From: Bacteroidia bacterium | GTDB lineage: Bacteria > Bacteroidota > Bacteroidia > M30B66 | Assembly: GCA_965279035.1 (NCBI GenBank) | Contig: CBDIHM010000003.1 | Coordinates: 32,001 to 96,000 of the forward strand | Reading direction: 5' to 3' | Length of the DNA stretch: 64,000 nucleotides | Part shown: piece after piece, positions 41,312 through 55,020 of the stretch | How the letters are laid out: each line of letters opens with the position of its first letter | Numbering within the stretch: position 1 is the first letter of the stretch | Made by a program: the position numbers and the translations under genes | The notes under the pieces: model-generated | The model's input: only the letters and a program-made list of their open reading frames with translations | What the model was told of the DNA's origin: nothing | Database searches by the model: none

Positions 41312-44300
41312 GAGAATCAAAGGCATGGTGAACAGTTGAACCTGGTATGATAGTCGCACTCACTTGCTGAATGCATAGATTTGTGGTGTGCGCGACAACG
41401 CTCAGCTCTTCGAGGCTTAAATTGGTTGCGCCTATATTTTATTTTAATTCGGTTCGCACAGTTAAATTTTACCTGAGTATTAGTACCGTGTTGATATATA
41501 TCATCAAATGTGGTGACGATTAAAACGTGATGATTAAAATGGTGAACAGTACTCAGTACCGTTGGGCACATGACGCCAGTGCGACCATAGGTATTGTCGC
41601 TCGGACCAGCAGAACGTCTCATTGTGTGCTTTAAAAAAACTTTCAGCTGTACTAAATTCCTTTAGCAGTTATCCAACTTGACGTGATCTTCAGAAAGCAT
41701 CCACGAACACGAAGGTCTCGACAAATTTCCGTCACAGTGTCTTGACCGACCAAGGTCGTTCGAAGAGGCCACAGGCAGACATGTTCCAAGGTAAGCGCAT
41801 TATGAGGCCCGCAACGATGATAGGAGTCACCGTGGTGGGTTTGCTCCTCCTTTTTGCAATCCAATCCTTTAAGACGAGTCCAAGAATGATACCGGCCACG
41901 CTGGCCAGTGACAGATCAATTTTGCGCCAGTAAAACATCATGTTGAACAGTCAAGGCCTGCGCTTTTCTGCCAAAACAGTTTTCTTGAATGCAAAAATAT
42001 GATCTGCTTATTTTCTAGCTTGGCTGTTAATAGAATATCGTGCCGGTTACGGAACACCGTTTGCCCCACTCGAACCGACAGCTCTTCCGACACGACTGTT
42101 TTTGGCCCGCCCCTTTGGTCAAGTCCCTGACTTGCTTTGTCATTTTAATTTTCCAATGTGATTCCGCATTGTCCAAAATCCGGTAGGTTGGTTCCAATAC
42201 TCGCTTAGGATGGGAAACCTCCCGTCTTGCCCCGAAAGTGCAAGACGGTCCGGAACCGTCTTGCACTTTCCCGTTTCTCAGACCTTCCATCGTTTCACTG
42301 AAGTTCTCGGCAAGAGCTTCACCGTTAGAGCCTCTAGAGCAACCACTGGCAGATCCCGACCGTGGCTCTGTGACAGAGCGTTAACAAGAGATCAGTAATT
42401 TCTCATTAATGTGTGCCTCCAGACAACCAAAATCTTCGTGGGAATGGAGAGCCTCCAGCGCCCCCAAATCGTCCAGACTATCCAATGCTGCCAAAGCCTT
42501 CAGAGCTTTTAGGTTGTATGTCTCGACCCCTGTAAGCCTTTGGATGTTCCAATGATTGATTTCAAGCAAAATTTTGATCAACACCTTCACTTTAAGGGCT
42601 CAAGCTTGGCTTGCCTCAGCATCCAAACCTAATAATATTTTCGCGTTGTGAGGTGTTACTATGAGCCCCTAAAATTTGTTGCAGAAAATTAAAAGAATGT
42701 AGACCGTTCACACTCATTGGATGCCATCACAAGTGCCATATGGGTTGTGCAGTTAGTTGTGGGGTTTCTTAAACTGTAGTATAGTCTAGACGACCTAGAC
42801 TGATTTTGATGGTCTAAAGGATGACCTTGCTATTGAGCATGCATATGACTGGCCATGCCATGGTGGAAGAAAGGAGGGAAGGAACATTACACGTCAACTC
42901 CTGCCGCCCAGGGCTGCTTAAATGTGGTGCTGTCAACAGCATCCAAATGATCAGAACAATCAATGACAAACTTGAAGTGTGCAACACTGACGATGTCCAA
43001 CAGCCACATGAAGTGCTGAACAGGCTGTATGGTCTCAGCGGCTAGACCAAACAGGTCATAAAAAGGGGATACTAGCATAGTATGCGTAAATAGATTTACA
43101 CACATTTCCTGATTTCCTTGCAAATATTACACCCCCACTAGGGCACCGCCCCGGCAACGCCGCCTCTTCCCGCCGGATCAAACGATTTTAGACTCGGTAA
43201 GGACTCGGTAGACATGTGAGATTATGCGGTTCCCAGTGTTTCCTTCGTGGGTTATAAAAGCCAATGCGGTCCTATAGGACTTAGGCCTAAGCATTTACAG
43301 AAGGTTTGTTTGTGGCCATTGGTAGGATTTTGGATGTCTGCACAAAAGCCACAAATTGGCGTTGAATTAATAAAGCACAACAGTTCTGCAGAAGCCATAT
43401 TTCGCGCATTTTGAGCTACTATGTCCCCAAAACCACAAGTTCGAGCCAAGAATTGCCTCAAACCCCTATCTTCGGCCACTTTTGTGGCTTCAAGAACATA
43501 TTTTGAGACCGTCTCCAGATGTGACATCTCTAAAGCCACATTGGCTTTTAGCCATAATATTCCTTAAAAGAACAAGAACGAAACATGGCTTGCTTACGCA
43601 TTGTCCTGGCCAGGCGGGCAATTTTCTTGTATCCTCTCAGCTGAGAAAGCGCAGCTATTTACAAGTTTGCAGTAGCCAAGCACCGTGCTGTGACATCAGG
43701 CTGGCAATGACTGTGTTGTTGACATCGATCAGCAGGCATATATGTTTGCTGCTATATAGTTGCTGCTCTAAAATTGCACCCCTGAGACCTCTTTGCTCAG
43801 TTTTTCAGCTGAACTACGTCTGAAAAAGTGCCCATTGTGTCAATGCAATTCCCATCCCCATCCCAAGCACGCTGCACTTTCCGATGACACCGTGGAACAC
43901 GGGATTTTTTTCTGCCGGGAGAATGTCAACGTTGTAGAGTTATTCCCTGCCGGGGATCCCAATTCAACCAATCACAGCGCAGCAATCTGGTTGGTCCTCC
44001 GTATACAGCCATTTTTAAATACTGGCGTTGTCTACAATTTCAAAACATGGCTGCCATTGATAGCTGCACCTTTTTCAATGATCGTGGCGTACAATTCCTC
44101 TTTATCAATATATCCTAAGTGCCAACCCTTCGGTGAGCCATCAGGAGTCTCAATAGAGCAGTGATTCAGGAAAAATAAGGCCGTATTCTAGAAAAACCTA
44201 CGCACACATTCACAGAGAGCATTCAAGACGCATGTGTATACACTGAAAGTACAGATATACATTTTGAACGAATTTTTCTATTTTTCTATTGGGTTTTCTT

Positions 44301-45784
44301 GGGTCAATATCTCAACCAATCAACCAGGCTGTTAGTGCCTATTGGATCCCAATAGACACCAATTCCAAATATCCCTTACTGAAGATTTTTGTGCTCACTG
44401 GCAGTGAAATTATCAGAGAAAGGTTCGTGCAAATATGACAATGTTGATCACGCATATGCCAAATATATTATCCAAAAGTTGTGAAGGAAATCGAGGCAGA
44501 ACCGGTTTCTGGTTTCAACCTACAACGTACAATGTAGGGAATGTTGTATACTATATATATTTTAGTAAATGCGCACCTTCGATGATGTATGGGTAATTTT
44601 CCACTCTCTTTGTTCAGCATTTGCATGAAGATATTAATATCGCGTCTTTCCAGTTGCAAGGCCATCGAACCCCCTCTTCCCAAGCGCTCTAGCAGTTGTG
44701 GGGGCTCCAGCAAGCGGGACAGCAGCACGAGCAAGGCCTTACAACATGAAGGCTACCCTTAATGGGGTTCGATGCAGATCGCAACTCATTCTCTTTGAAA
44801 TCTTTTCTGATTCCCGCAGACCTTCAATTGTCTGCATATGTAAAAGTAGAAGATGAGCTTTGATTTAAAGAGACTGTATTCCGACCGATACCGTAGTACT
44901 ATACATTCAGCTGAACTCAGAGGACGAAATATGTGCAACGTACGAAAGTGTGAATGTATAACGTAAGCATTGAATACAAAACCACGGTTCAAATTTAGGG
45001 TCTAGGTTACGCGCTTTAAAAATGCGGCAGTGTTGAATACAAATTTGGACTCGTATGATATGCAAGGCAGACCTGGGCCCAAAAGTTTTTAATCCTCATG
45101 AGTGCTCTTCAGATTCCATTAGCATGTAATGAGGATGGGTTGCTAATGCTGCAGTCATTTAGACGCCCAATATGCAGTCAACAGTGCTCAGCCACTAGCA
45201 GACAAACTATGGAATCATTGATGAGCTTGGTGTCAATGTTGCTGTTCCAGTTGGACCACCTCAGCAGTTCCTGCTGGCTGCCCATTTCAAGAGTCCGAAG
45301 TTCATCGTACTTGGGGATTCAGGTGTTATGAAACAGAAAGGTACACCAAACACCTATGCCAAATTCTAGAGATACTCTTTGTAAAATGAACTTTAGTCAT
45401 CGTAACAAAGGCTTCCCCTTTTGGGGCAGCATTGCCAATGACAGTGACAGGGACCGCTTGCAATATTTTCAGTCATATCCCACTATTGCAATTTTAGTCA
45501 ATTGAATTTTAAAATTTACCCGAAATCGCTGGTGTTATCATGCAGTTCAATCAACACCTCAGACCTATCTTTGCATATCAGGTGCGCCCAAGCTGCTTTA
45601 TTCCAACGCCAATGAAAAATGCTTTTGCAAGCTGCTTGCCGGTCACTTCACCCACCCAATGGCCAATCCCTTGCAGGAAAGTTCCCAGATAATTTGGATG
45701 CGAGTTGCACGTGGCATGCGCATTGCACAAAGGGCAAGAGAAGGTACTGTGCCCGTGCGATGCGCTGCCCTGCCACACCTCTAC

Positions 45785-46764
45785 TTATGGTGCTTGCTTG
45801 TGCAACGCAAGCAGTGCATACTTTGGCTGCCGCATTGGAAGCGCAGACTTCAGCTGTGCACCGATTGATGCAACGGTAGCTGTGACAATATGATTAAAAT
45901 GTCCCACAGCTGATTCAGCGTCGCCGGCCATCCCAGCAATGACGTGCTGGTACCTGACTGCCATCCATACCCGCTTTGCAGCACCAATGACCTTGGCTAT
46001 CTTCATCGGCGCGTTGGACTCCTCAAGCGCGTAAAAGCAACCCCTGGCAGTGAAATGGGTTTTCAAGTTCTGAGCTGGGAGGCGCTGCTTGCACTGCCAA
46101 CATATACAGGTATGGCAAGCTGAGCATTTGCACGCCACATGCAAAATGTCACTGATCTCAGGATCTGGCAATGATATCCCTGAAAATAAATCAAAATTGT
46201 CTCTAGGGAAGGCTCAATATTGTGCTTTGGCTTATGCATTGATGCGCACCTTGAATGATGTGAAAGCAAGGAGATCCTGATGATATATACCATGAACAGG
46301 TGGGATTCTGGTGGGTACCTTACAAGGTTACACCCTGTGGAAATTTGCTGCAGCTGAAGGTTGCAACTAGGACAAATCTTGCTTGCAGAAGATGGTTTGA
46401 CGGCGAGCGGCAATGGCGACTGCTCGAGCTGCACATTGTTTCTATCGGTTGCTATCCGATTAATTCTGGCTCTGCGGCCCTGTAAATCACGCAGCAGTGA
46501 GAGTTTATTTTAGGTTTTAGGGTTAAGTCTAAATAAAGATTCGTACTTTGAAGAAGAATTACTTCTTCGAGAGCAGATAGTCGTCAGCTCTGAGGCAGAG
46601 GCAGGCCAACTTGGAGAGGCAAACTCTACAGATCTGGGAAAAACCGACCATGGTGGAATCACCTTTCTTAGGAGGTGCACGGTGCTTGCCGCAAGCACTG
46701 CGGCGGATATCAGCGCTCCTATGGGAAGGCATAGACGCTGGTGCGTCGACAGCAGACCAGACAT
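45785..46764 (-). pseudogene. TM-RING2(IBR-like)-TM protein gene, probably inactivated
   Basis: MSGLLSTHQRLCLPIGALISAAVLAA hydrophobic start; CPSCNLQLQQISTGCNLVR|CSACHTCICWQC...HF; the acceptor before the second half reads CAA instead of CAG (46128). Confidence 0.6.
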
Positions 46765-48368
46765 CGGCAAGACAGGCTACAGTCCGCCAAATCCGCACAA
46801 AGACTGAATGGTGGCCAGCAAGAACATACTTTTGAAAGTTGAATTGGATCGTACATATGCGCCCCGATATCAAGGTTCTTCTGCTACGATCTCACTTGCC
46901 TCGCTGTCCTGCCAACATTGGGCAGCAAGGTCCAAGAAACGAATGAGAAGCTGCCCTAGAACCTACTACTAGGTAGTACCGTGTCTTCGCCCAGATATCA
47001 ACATTCATTAATAGAGTATGGGGTCGAACAATTCATGTCATCTGCACGTTCTCATCTGCATGCCAGAGGCGTGGAACAGCCACGACTCCATGCATGTTTT
47101 AGCATTCTGATGGCCGCCCCTCTACCAGTGTGCATGAACATTGATGATCATGATGAGAGACTTTTACCGAGTTCAATATCAAGATGATCATTAAATGCCC
47201 TTACGATCAGGCTGAATTCCTTAATCACATGCTACAGCATCCAACAAGCTGCCCTTGTTGGGCAGGACTCGCACACATATAAGACAGACTAGTTGAAAAG
47301 AGATTTAAGAATATCCCGAAAATGGCAGAAATATGTCGTCAATATTGTCAACAATCTCCGAGGTATGGCCCGAAAGTTTTGCAGAATTGACGGAAATAAT
47401 TATTTATAATTATAATTCCCAGAAATGTGTAGCCCACATTGGCCACATAGCCCGAGAGCTTCGCAATTAAGAACGGAAAGAAACACGGAAAGAAACACGA
47501 AAGCATTGTCCGATGACCGTGTCTGTCGGAAGGGTTCCGGAAGAATTGCCACGTGACGCGCTCGTATGAATTACAGGTCAGCGTCGCGCTCAAGTTGCGC
47601 TAAAGTACTGCAAGTTCTAGTCCGCCACTCGAAGCCGTTCGGGTGTGCTCGTAATGAAAAATAAACAAGCACACTTCAGACTCTGCAGAGAGTTTGCAAC
47701 GCACAAACAAGAGTGCCAGTCTGGGTTCTAAGATGAGTGTATGCCCAAAATGAGGGTTGCATCTAGGGCTGCATGGCAAGGGCAACAACTCCAGGGTCAC
47801 TGTACATCTTGCTGCCCAACTGAATCCTGGCGGCTTTGCTGGACCATCAATATATATTCTTTGAATAGTGAAATCCTAAAGATTCTCTCTCGGCTGGCGC
47901 CCTGAAATATAAGTTTAAATGGCAGGGTTAACCGGGATAACGTTATCCCGGGACTTTGAATGTCAGGGTCACCCGGACGGTCCTCTCTTATTCTCCAGCC
48001 TGCAGTCACTGTGCACGGTGCTCTTTGGCACTATGAAATTTTTGGCAACAGATGTAAAGCAAGCTTATTTTGTTGAAAGTGCACATGCGCTGTGGCTAAG
48101 CGCTCCTAATTATTGCTCCACTGGACTGCTGACTACACAAGCAACTTGATTGAAGTTCACTCATTTGTTGAGTCAACTCATGGGGATGTTCTGATTTTAT
48201 GCTATTTATATAAAGTCAAGCTCTGCTCCATTGTTGTGAAAGCTCCGGCTTGAAGCCACTGGCTTCCCCACTGAGAAAATAAGTTCCAGTAATAATTAAG
48301 GAAGAGGCTGACTCAAGGTTGCATAGCCTAGCAGGGGAATACTCATGAATATTTTCAATGGCCATGCT

Positions 48369-50044
48369 TTAAACGAACCGATTCTTATTTATTGTCCCTA
48401 ACGGAGGCCGGTGCGACGTCGACAAGGTCATCCAGGGTCCCGTAAAAGAGTGGGTCTCCACTGTCTGAATCTGTACTATCCTAAGTGCCAGAATCAGGGT
48501 CTTCACTTTCAGATTCTTCAATGCATGGTGCAGCTGAAGCCGCGTTCCTCAGGCTGCCTTGTCCAGAAATTCTTGCCGTGCCTGTACAAAAAGCACAATA
48601 TGCTTTTGAGCCACATCTTGTAGCTCAAATCAGTAAATTCTGACATGACTACTTGGTTTGTGGAAAGCCACCACCCTGTTAACGTTGCTGATCAGTCGTG
48701 ACTTGCAAGGCGCAAGGTAGCAATGAGCCCTGAGGGTGGCGATTAAATCACAAGTTGGTTGTCTGATCAACAAGCCTTTACTCAAAAATCTAATTTCACC
48801 AAAATTTTTGGTGTCCATGCTCTTGTGCGGCAGCCATCAGGCCATTTCATGGCTTTTGCTCACTGGGTTTTCCTCCATAATAGTACATCTCGTCCCACAT
48901 GTTGATAATACTGGACAGTTCAAGACACTCAAGCTCTCGGACCGGATCCGCTTGGCCATTGCTTTGCAAATGAAACTGGCACGCAGGGGTTTGGCTGGGA
49001 CGGTTGCGCGGATGCCACACACCGTGATGCCAACTGCCTGTCTCCTCTGAGGAACTTCCCTCCGCAGTAGCTGCTACTGCCACACCAGCAGCAGGCTCTG
49101 CTGGCTCTGGATCAGCCATTGTAGGCAGTGCTAGCTCTGCCGGACGCGCTAGGAATGCATTCTTCAGCTGCAGGGCACTGGCGACAACTGTGGCAAAGCG
49201 CTTGACAGAATCAACCACCGATCCAACAATGCCAAGGGCGCCTGGGATAGCGTCCCTGTGTTTGAATGTTACAAACACCAGCGCTGCAGCGCCGATAGCT
49301 GCGGCAACTTTTGGGGCATTGGAGTGACCGGCTTTGCGTGGGCAGCGGCCTTCATTGGTGAAATGGGGCTTTGGATCATTTTCTGGTAGAAGCTGCTTGC
49401 ACTCCCAGCAATAACCTGTGCAGCAGGCCAGGCACCTACACAAGCAGCACGCATTGTACTGAACTGGTCACTCTGGAAGGAGTCACTCTTGGGTGCAAGA
49501 CAGCTTGCCGCCACAAACGTTGGAATGGAAGGCACGTGTCAACGGGGCCTGCTTTGCAGGACTGCACGGAACAGGCAGCACTTTCTGAACCAATAGGACT
49601 GCAGAAAGATAAATCTATGCCACGGTGAGCTGGCACGTACCTGATAAGATTGCCCCTCCCGGGCCCTTTTCGCAGTTCAATATTGCAACAAGGACATTGC
49701 ACGGTCTCCACTGCAGGCTCGTCTTGGACTGCCTCTGGAAGGTGCTCTGCTGTTCCTCCAGTAGATTGTGCTGTGTGCTTCTCACGGTGGCGCTCGTGCA
49801 CCTGCGGCACGGCCATTTTCTGCTTCTCAAAACGCAGCTCAAGCCAATAAACTGGGAGCTTATCCATCCCCAAGGTTTCAGTCCGTTTGAGTGCCAACGA
49901 GAAATCCTTGACTTCGCATGTCTGTTCCTAGTGAGTAAAGAATTGGCTCATCCTCACGTTCTTGATGAAATGCACGGCGGTTGCTGTCACGAGAGTTCCG
50001 ACGCAAAGACCCAATCATTGCTCTGTCGACAAGAGTCCTGCCAT
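48369..50044 (-). pseudogene. TM-RING2(IBR-like)-TM paralog with nonsense codons
   Basis: MAGLLSTEQ*LGLCVGTLVTATAVHFIK (TGA 50015-50017 aligns to the Arg of the 46-kb copy); CPCCNIELRKGPGRGNLIR|CLACCTGYCWEC...HF; TAG 48481-48483 in an acidic last exon. Confidence 0.62.
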
Positions 50045-51266
50045 GTTGTGCCTCGAGACACCGAACTAGCTTAGTAGGAAAATGAACGGAGCCGAAGTTG
50101 CGGTAATTGAGGACTACAGAACGTTATGTTGGATCAATTCTAGGTGCCATAAGGAGACAATCTCACGTTGATATGCCTGAAGATACGAGAATGATGACGC
50201 TTTCGAAGCCCTGAAGCTGTCCTGAGCTGCAAAGTCCAAGGTTCCAAAATAGGAGGTGGCCACCTCTTCACGCAGAAAAGGATACGATCTAGGCTTGAAC
50301 ACTACATAAACACCCCTTTACCCCACTACATTTTTTAATGGCATGGAGATCATTTGATTAATGATCTCCATATATCACCATTAGAAAGGGAATGTTCACT
50401 GACTTGCAGTTAATTTCAAGCATTGTAGTCTCGACAATGTCTCATTTCTTATTATAATGGGTCCTTGACCTTTTGTGGTTGGAAAATTAAACCAGAATTG
50501 ATCCATACGCAATGAAAGCGGTGCACGGTGCAGAAAAATCTTGCACTCCCAGTCGGTGGACATCTTTTTTGAAGCAAAGGGCAGCAATAAAGGATACTCA
50601 GCAATGCTCATCATAATCACAGATATGTAGACAAAAGATCTAGATGTGCTAATGCCCGCCATGGCGTTCCAATGTGTTGGCAAGGCTTGATGGCCTTCAA
50701 TACAAGTGCCCTTCAATTGTTCAAAGAAATGGACATTATTTGCATTTCCGCATTTTTAACCTAGTAGGATAGTATCTGGAGCTCACCATATGCATTTCAG
50801 CGCGCAGCATTGCACATAAAATTAAGTTTAGCTCTTTGCTTTACGGGCCTGCAAGCCAGCTGGCAAATGCATTCAACGAAACGTTCAATTCTCCACGCAT
50901 GTCTCCACGCATGTGGCTGGCACTATGGTGCCACCAAGCAGTGCCGAGAAATGAGTGATCATTTGAGATACTATGTCCTATAATATAATTGTACAACATG
51001 TTTACATTCAAAAAGCTGAAGGCGGCGAAGCCAAAGTACTAGTATTGTAGGTTTAAGTCAGTGACTGCCACACTAGTGACTCTTAGGCTATGCCATGTCC
51101 AGTGGGAGCGATTTGATGTCTCATATCAATTTGCCAGTGGTGCCTTTTGGTGCATACTCCAGCAGCTGAGCATCCTGAGCGTTGAAACCATGTTCGCTGT
51201 GACATGCTGCGCAAGATTATTTCAATGCTCCCTAGCGAGCCTGTATCGCTCATCATCTTGCAGTGC

Positions 51267-51695
51267 TCAGGCAGCGACCTTTGCAGAACGGCGCTCCACA
51301 GCGGGGCAGAGAAGACTGATACACCCTTTGCGGACGTGCTCAACACGAATATGAAACACCTCTGCCACTGGCACGCCTTGCTTTATAGGGACGAAATTCA
51401 CTGGAATGGATAGCTTCTTTGTCACGCTCTCTCGTGCAATGGCCAGTCCTGCTGCAAGGAATGCGGCAATGCCACCACGGTTACGGACTCCCATTGTGAC
51501 ACCCAGCACCATGCCTGTGATGGTGAGGAATATCACAGCATTGGAAACCGTGGCAAGCTTGCGAGCCTCAGTTTGTGCCGCCGCATTGGGGCCATCTGAT
51601 GGAGACTTGCTAGCGGCATCAAAGGGGTGAGGGATATTGAATGCCGCCCGCTGCTCTGAATTTTTGCGCTTCTGCTCATTCTGGAGATCATCCAT
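51267..51695 (-). CDS. Hydrophobic ORF resembling the membrane tail of the neighbouring RING2 paralogs (fragment)
   Basis: 'AVIFLTITGMVLGVTMGVRNRGGIAAFLAAGL' parallels 'AAALVFVTFKHRDAIPGALGIV' and 'VWMAVRYQHVIAGMAG'. No Cys-rich domain seen. Confidence 0.35.
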   Translation of the reverse strand: MDDLQNEQKRKNSEQRAAFNIPHPFDAASKSPSDGPNAAAQTEARKLATVSNAVIFLTITGMVLGVTMGVRNRGGIAAFLAAGLAIARESVTKKLSIPVNFVPIKQGVPVAEVFHIRVEHVRKGCISLLCPAVERRSAKVAA

Positions 51696-52730
51696 GGCTG
51701 GTGGTAAAATTTTTACCAACAAGCACCTGCGTGACCACAAATTATAGAGTAACAGAAGAGTATTGCGCATGCACTGCAAGACATGTGCACCAAGCGCTTC
51801 CTTAGACGGAACGTCAGAATCCCTACTAGGCTAGGTTGTTATTGAATGTGCCACTGTGCCATGACAATCTTGAAGAGTATCAGGGACAAAAAAACATTTC
51901 TACATGCCGGACGCTGCCAGTGATGTGACATCCTCTGACTTTGCACGAAGCAGTTCGCCCATTTCACGAGAATAAGAAAAACACTCAAAGTTGACGGCTA
52001 ACCAGCATTTCCAGTTATTATTCACTGTTTGGTGTTGCCCGGAATACACTCAGTAAGCAGACCTCAGCAAACGTATGACGGTTCGGAGAGCTGTCGGTGT
52101 ACCGCACTGCGGCAAGCTGCCTCGCTTGACAGAATCGTCCTACGCAATAGTTCTGCCCGCCGGGTGCCCAGCAACCGTAGGGATTCGACCAACAAGACGT
52201 TCCAAACGATTCCAGATGTGTTGTGAGTGGTAGTATCCGGAAATGGACTGTGTTCCCAAGGGGACTATGGTGTGGAACAAGCTTGGTGTTCCGCTGTCGC
52301 ACAAGGTTGGAAGGCGGGCAGGGTTATAATCCCCAATGAAGGGGCTTTTAGTAAAAACCTTTCAAAAAGAGGGCATCTTCACTTTTACAGCAAAAAGCAA
52401 TGAAAAAAACTGAAGTCAAATCTTAACATAAAATGCATGCATATGCTCTGCTGCCCTGTGCAATTTTAAAAGGCAGACTCCTTCTTCGGAAGAAGAGAAA
52501 CCACCGTGGCACGCCTCTTGCAACTTAGAATCCTCTACCCCTATTCAGTGGGTCCACCAGGGGGAATCTGATCTCGTTAGTTGGGAGTCCCCTAGGAGTC
52601 CACCAGGGCCGGGGTCCACCAGGGGGTCTTAGCACACACCACGCAAATTTTTGGAGTAAAGACTCTACCCTATAGTATTCTATAGTATAATCATTCAATG
52701 CAATTGGAATTTGATTGCAAAAGTATATTT

Positions 52731-55020
52731 CTATATCTCTAAGGGGTCCCATAAAAGGTCCCCATTTTTAAAGCAACAAAAATCCCTTTGGATCAACTCT
52801 TCGTGAACAAATCTCAGAAGATCTATATCTGTTGATGATTCCTCGACCTGCGCATGTGCACAATAGAGGTACATACAACGTGCTACGATGCAACGTAGCG
52901 CGACAATAGTTTACTCCACTGGCCATATAGATGGAACCACGAAGTGCATAGCTCAAGATTAGCAAATACATGAGGGCAACAACACCAGAAATTAATTCTG
53001 CTCAATCGCTTTAAACTTTAACAAAAGTAAGAATGTTTTAGCACACCTCCGCATACATACGCCGCGGCGAGAGACAGCCCATCTCCAACCAGGGCATTTC
53101 GGTGTATGAGAATGCAACATAGCTGCCCCTTATGCCGCTGCTCTTAGTTTGTGTATACAAGAGACGCTTGAGCTGTGCCAGCGCCTCAGTTTCACCTGGA
53201 ACAAATACGCACTTTAGCTTGCAAATCAAAGCTCTAGCAAGTCGACATGTAGAGGTTGCATGCCCTTGCTGTATCCTTTTAGAAATGGTAACTTGTTTGG
53301 GCAGCTGTGAACACTCAGTAATTACTTATAAGCTCTGTATAGCACAACTCTCAAGATTCAGCAAAATTCAAACAGATAAAGCTGTGCATTCATGAAACAT
53401 GAGCTACATGGCTGCCCCACCTCCCTTGATTTTTGGGCTGTCAGGCATGCAATGGACTATCTGCAACCCCGAGTTTTCAGGAGTAGGTATTTTGCCGGAA
53501 GGTATGTCTCTGCTCTGCAGCGGTTTGCCTTTGAGCTTAGGTGGCGCTAAGTGTGGCTGCTTGACAGGTATAGATTTCAGAAGACCCTGAAAGTGTCCTG
53601 CATCCGGATCAATGGATCATTCGATGAGCCGTTGTTGACATTATGTATGCTCCTTTGACCCCATGGTGTCTTGACTATCACGGTTGTTGGACACACAACT
53701 TGGTATTGATAACTTCTAGAGCAAGTGGTGTGAAAGCTTAAAAGTAATTTCAGTGAATAAGTCATTTTACCGCAGGAAATTTTTTGGTGGCTTTAAATTG
53801 TCATCTGCCTTCAAAGATAAATGGGGCGCACTTTGTGTAGATGGCAAACGCTCTATTTTGGTTTGCAGCTCATCAGGTGAGTATAAGGTCGTCCCCCACC
53901 TCATCTTCAGAGCAACATCTTCTCTTTGCCATGCTGATGTCACCTCATTCATGAATGAGGTGGCATCGTGAAATATTCCTCGAAATTCTTTTCTGCGTGA
54001 CAGTAAACTTTGCTGGCGCCCACTTTCTTCACCATTCTCACCAATGATTATAAGTTATTGGAGGGATGCAAATTGTGACTAGCTGGTTGCAATTGCCAGT
54101 ATGGCTACCGCCAATAATAGTACTTTTAGTAGTGGTAGTCAGTGAGCTTGCAATCATTGATCTTGCTGTCGGACTTGCAATCTGTGACAGGGAAATCAAC
54201 TGTACTCAGTGCAGGCTTTATGTCCATGTTTGCTACGCTCAGAATATTTCTGAATTGTGGAGGCACGACTCTTTTAAAACTTGCCTCCTCAGGCTTGCCG
54301 ATGCGCACAATGATGTCAGAGCCGGCAGCCCTTAGGTTCTTGCGCGAATCCGCCACGGAATCCAGGATGAACCTGCGCATGGACCTCTCCACTGAGAAGC
54401 ACCTTGCACACTTTGCAAATGGAAGAGCGCTGCTGTGGGCCATAGGCTGTTCAGCATTACCTGCAAGAACTTCTAGAAGCACCAAATATTGGAGTTTCCT
54501 TCGGAAGGTGACTCACTTCAATGCTAACGCCGTTGTAGCGTGTGTCATACTGTCGGTTGTCAAAGCAATACACTGGCAGCAAGAAATCCGGCTCCTTGTT
54601 TGCGGCCATCAATGCCTCATTATCATGGACCCGTAGATCATTGCGGAAACACTTGACTGCCAGTGCACCACATCTTTAAATTAGAATTACGTGCGTTATT
54701 TTGCTTCCACAATGTACGGTTGCGTGTCAACTTGGCACATTTAAAATGTGATGAAACTTTGCCAAATTAATAATGTTGGGTTCGGTCTTTCCGGCCAGTG
54801 ACGGGCGGCCCGGGTTGGTCGAACGTGAGGACATCACCTCATGTGAACCAACGACTTGCGCTGCCATCGGCGATTCAAAAATTGCACGTTTCGAGCATCA
54901 GCGAGGGCCCACTTGGCGGAGATTCTTCATCGCAATCTCCAAGACAGTCGGCAGCATCACAGCAGCAGCGCCGAAACAAGCACCGGCGATGAAAGACGAG
55001 TATCCCCATCCTGTCGACAT
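52731..55020 (-). pseudogene. PHR2: Photolyase/cryptochrome-family PHR2-like gene, divergent and probably pseudogenised
   Basis: KCFRNDLRVHDNEAL..LLPVYCFD; RFILDSVADSRKNLRAAGSDIIVRIGKPEE; VGASKVYCHAE; WGTTLYSPDEL; GETEAL..L; FS....PWLEMGCLSPRRMY; EELIQRDF then a rapid end (no full FAD domain, as in plant PHR2). In-frame TGA 54898-54900 in the putative first exon. Confidence 0.75.

Noticed and set aside
42026-42384. Possible piggyBac-like element flanked by TTAA
   Set aside because: The inner ends are not inverted repeats and TTAA is common.
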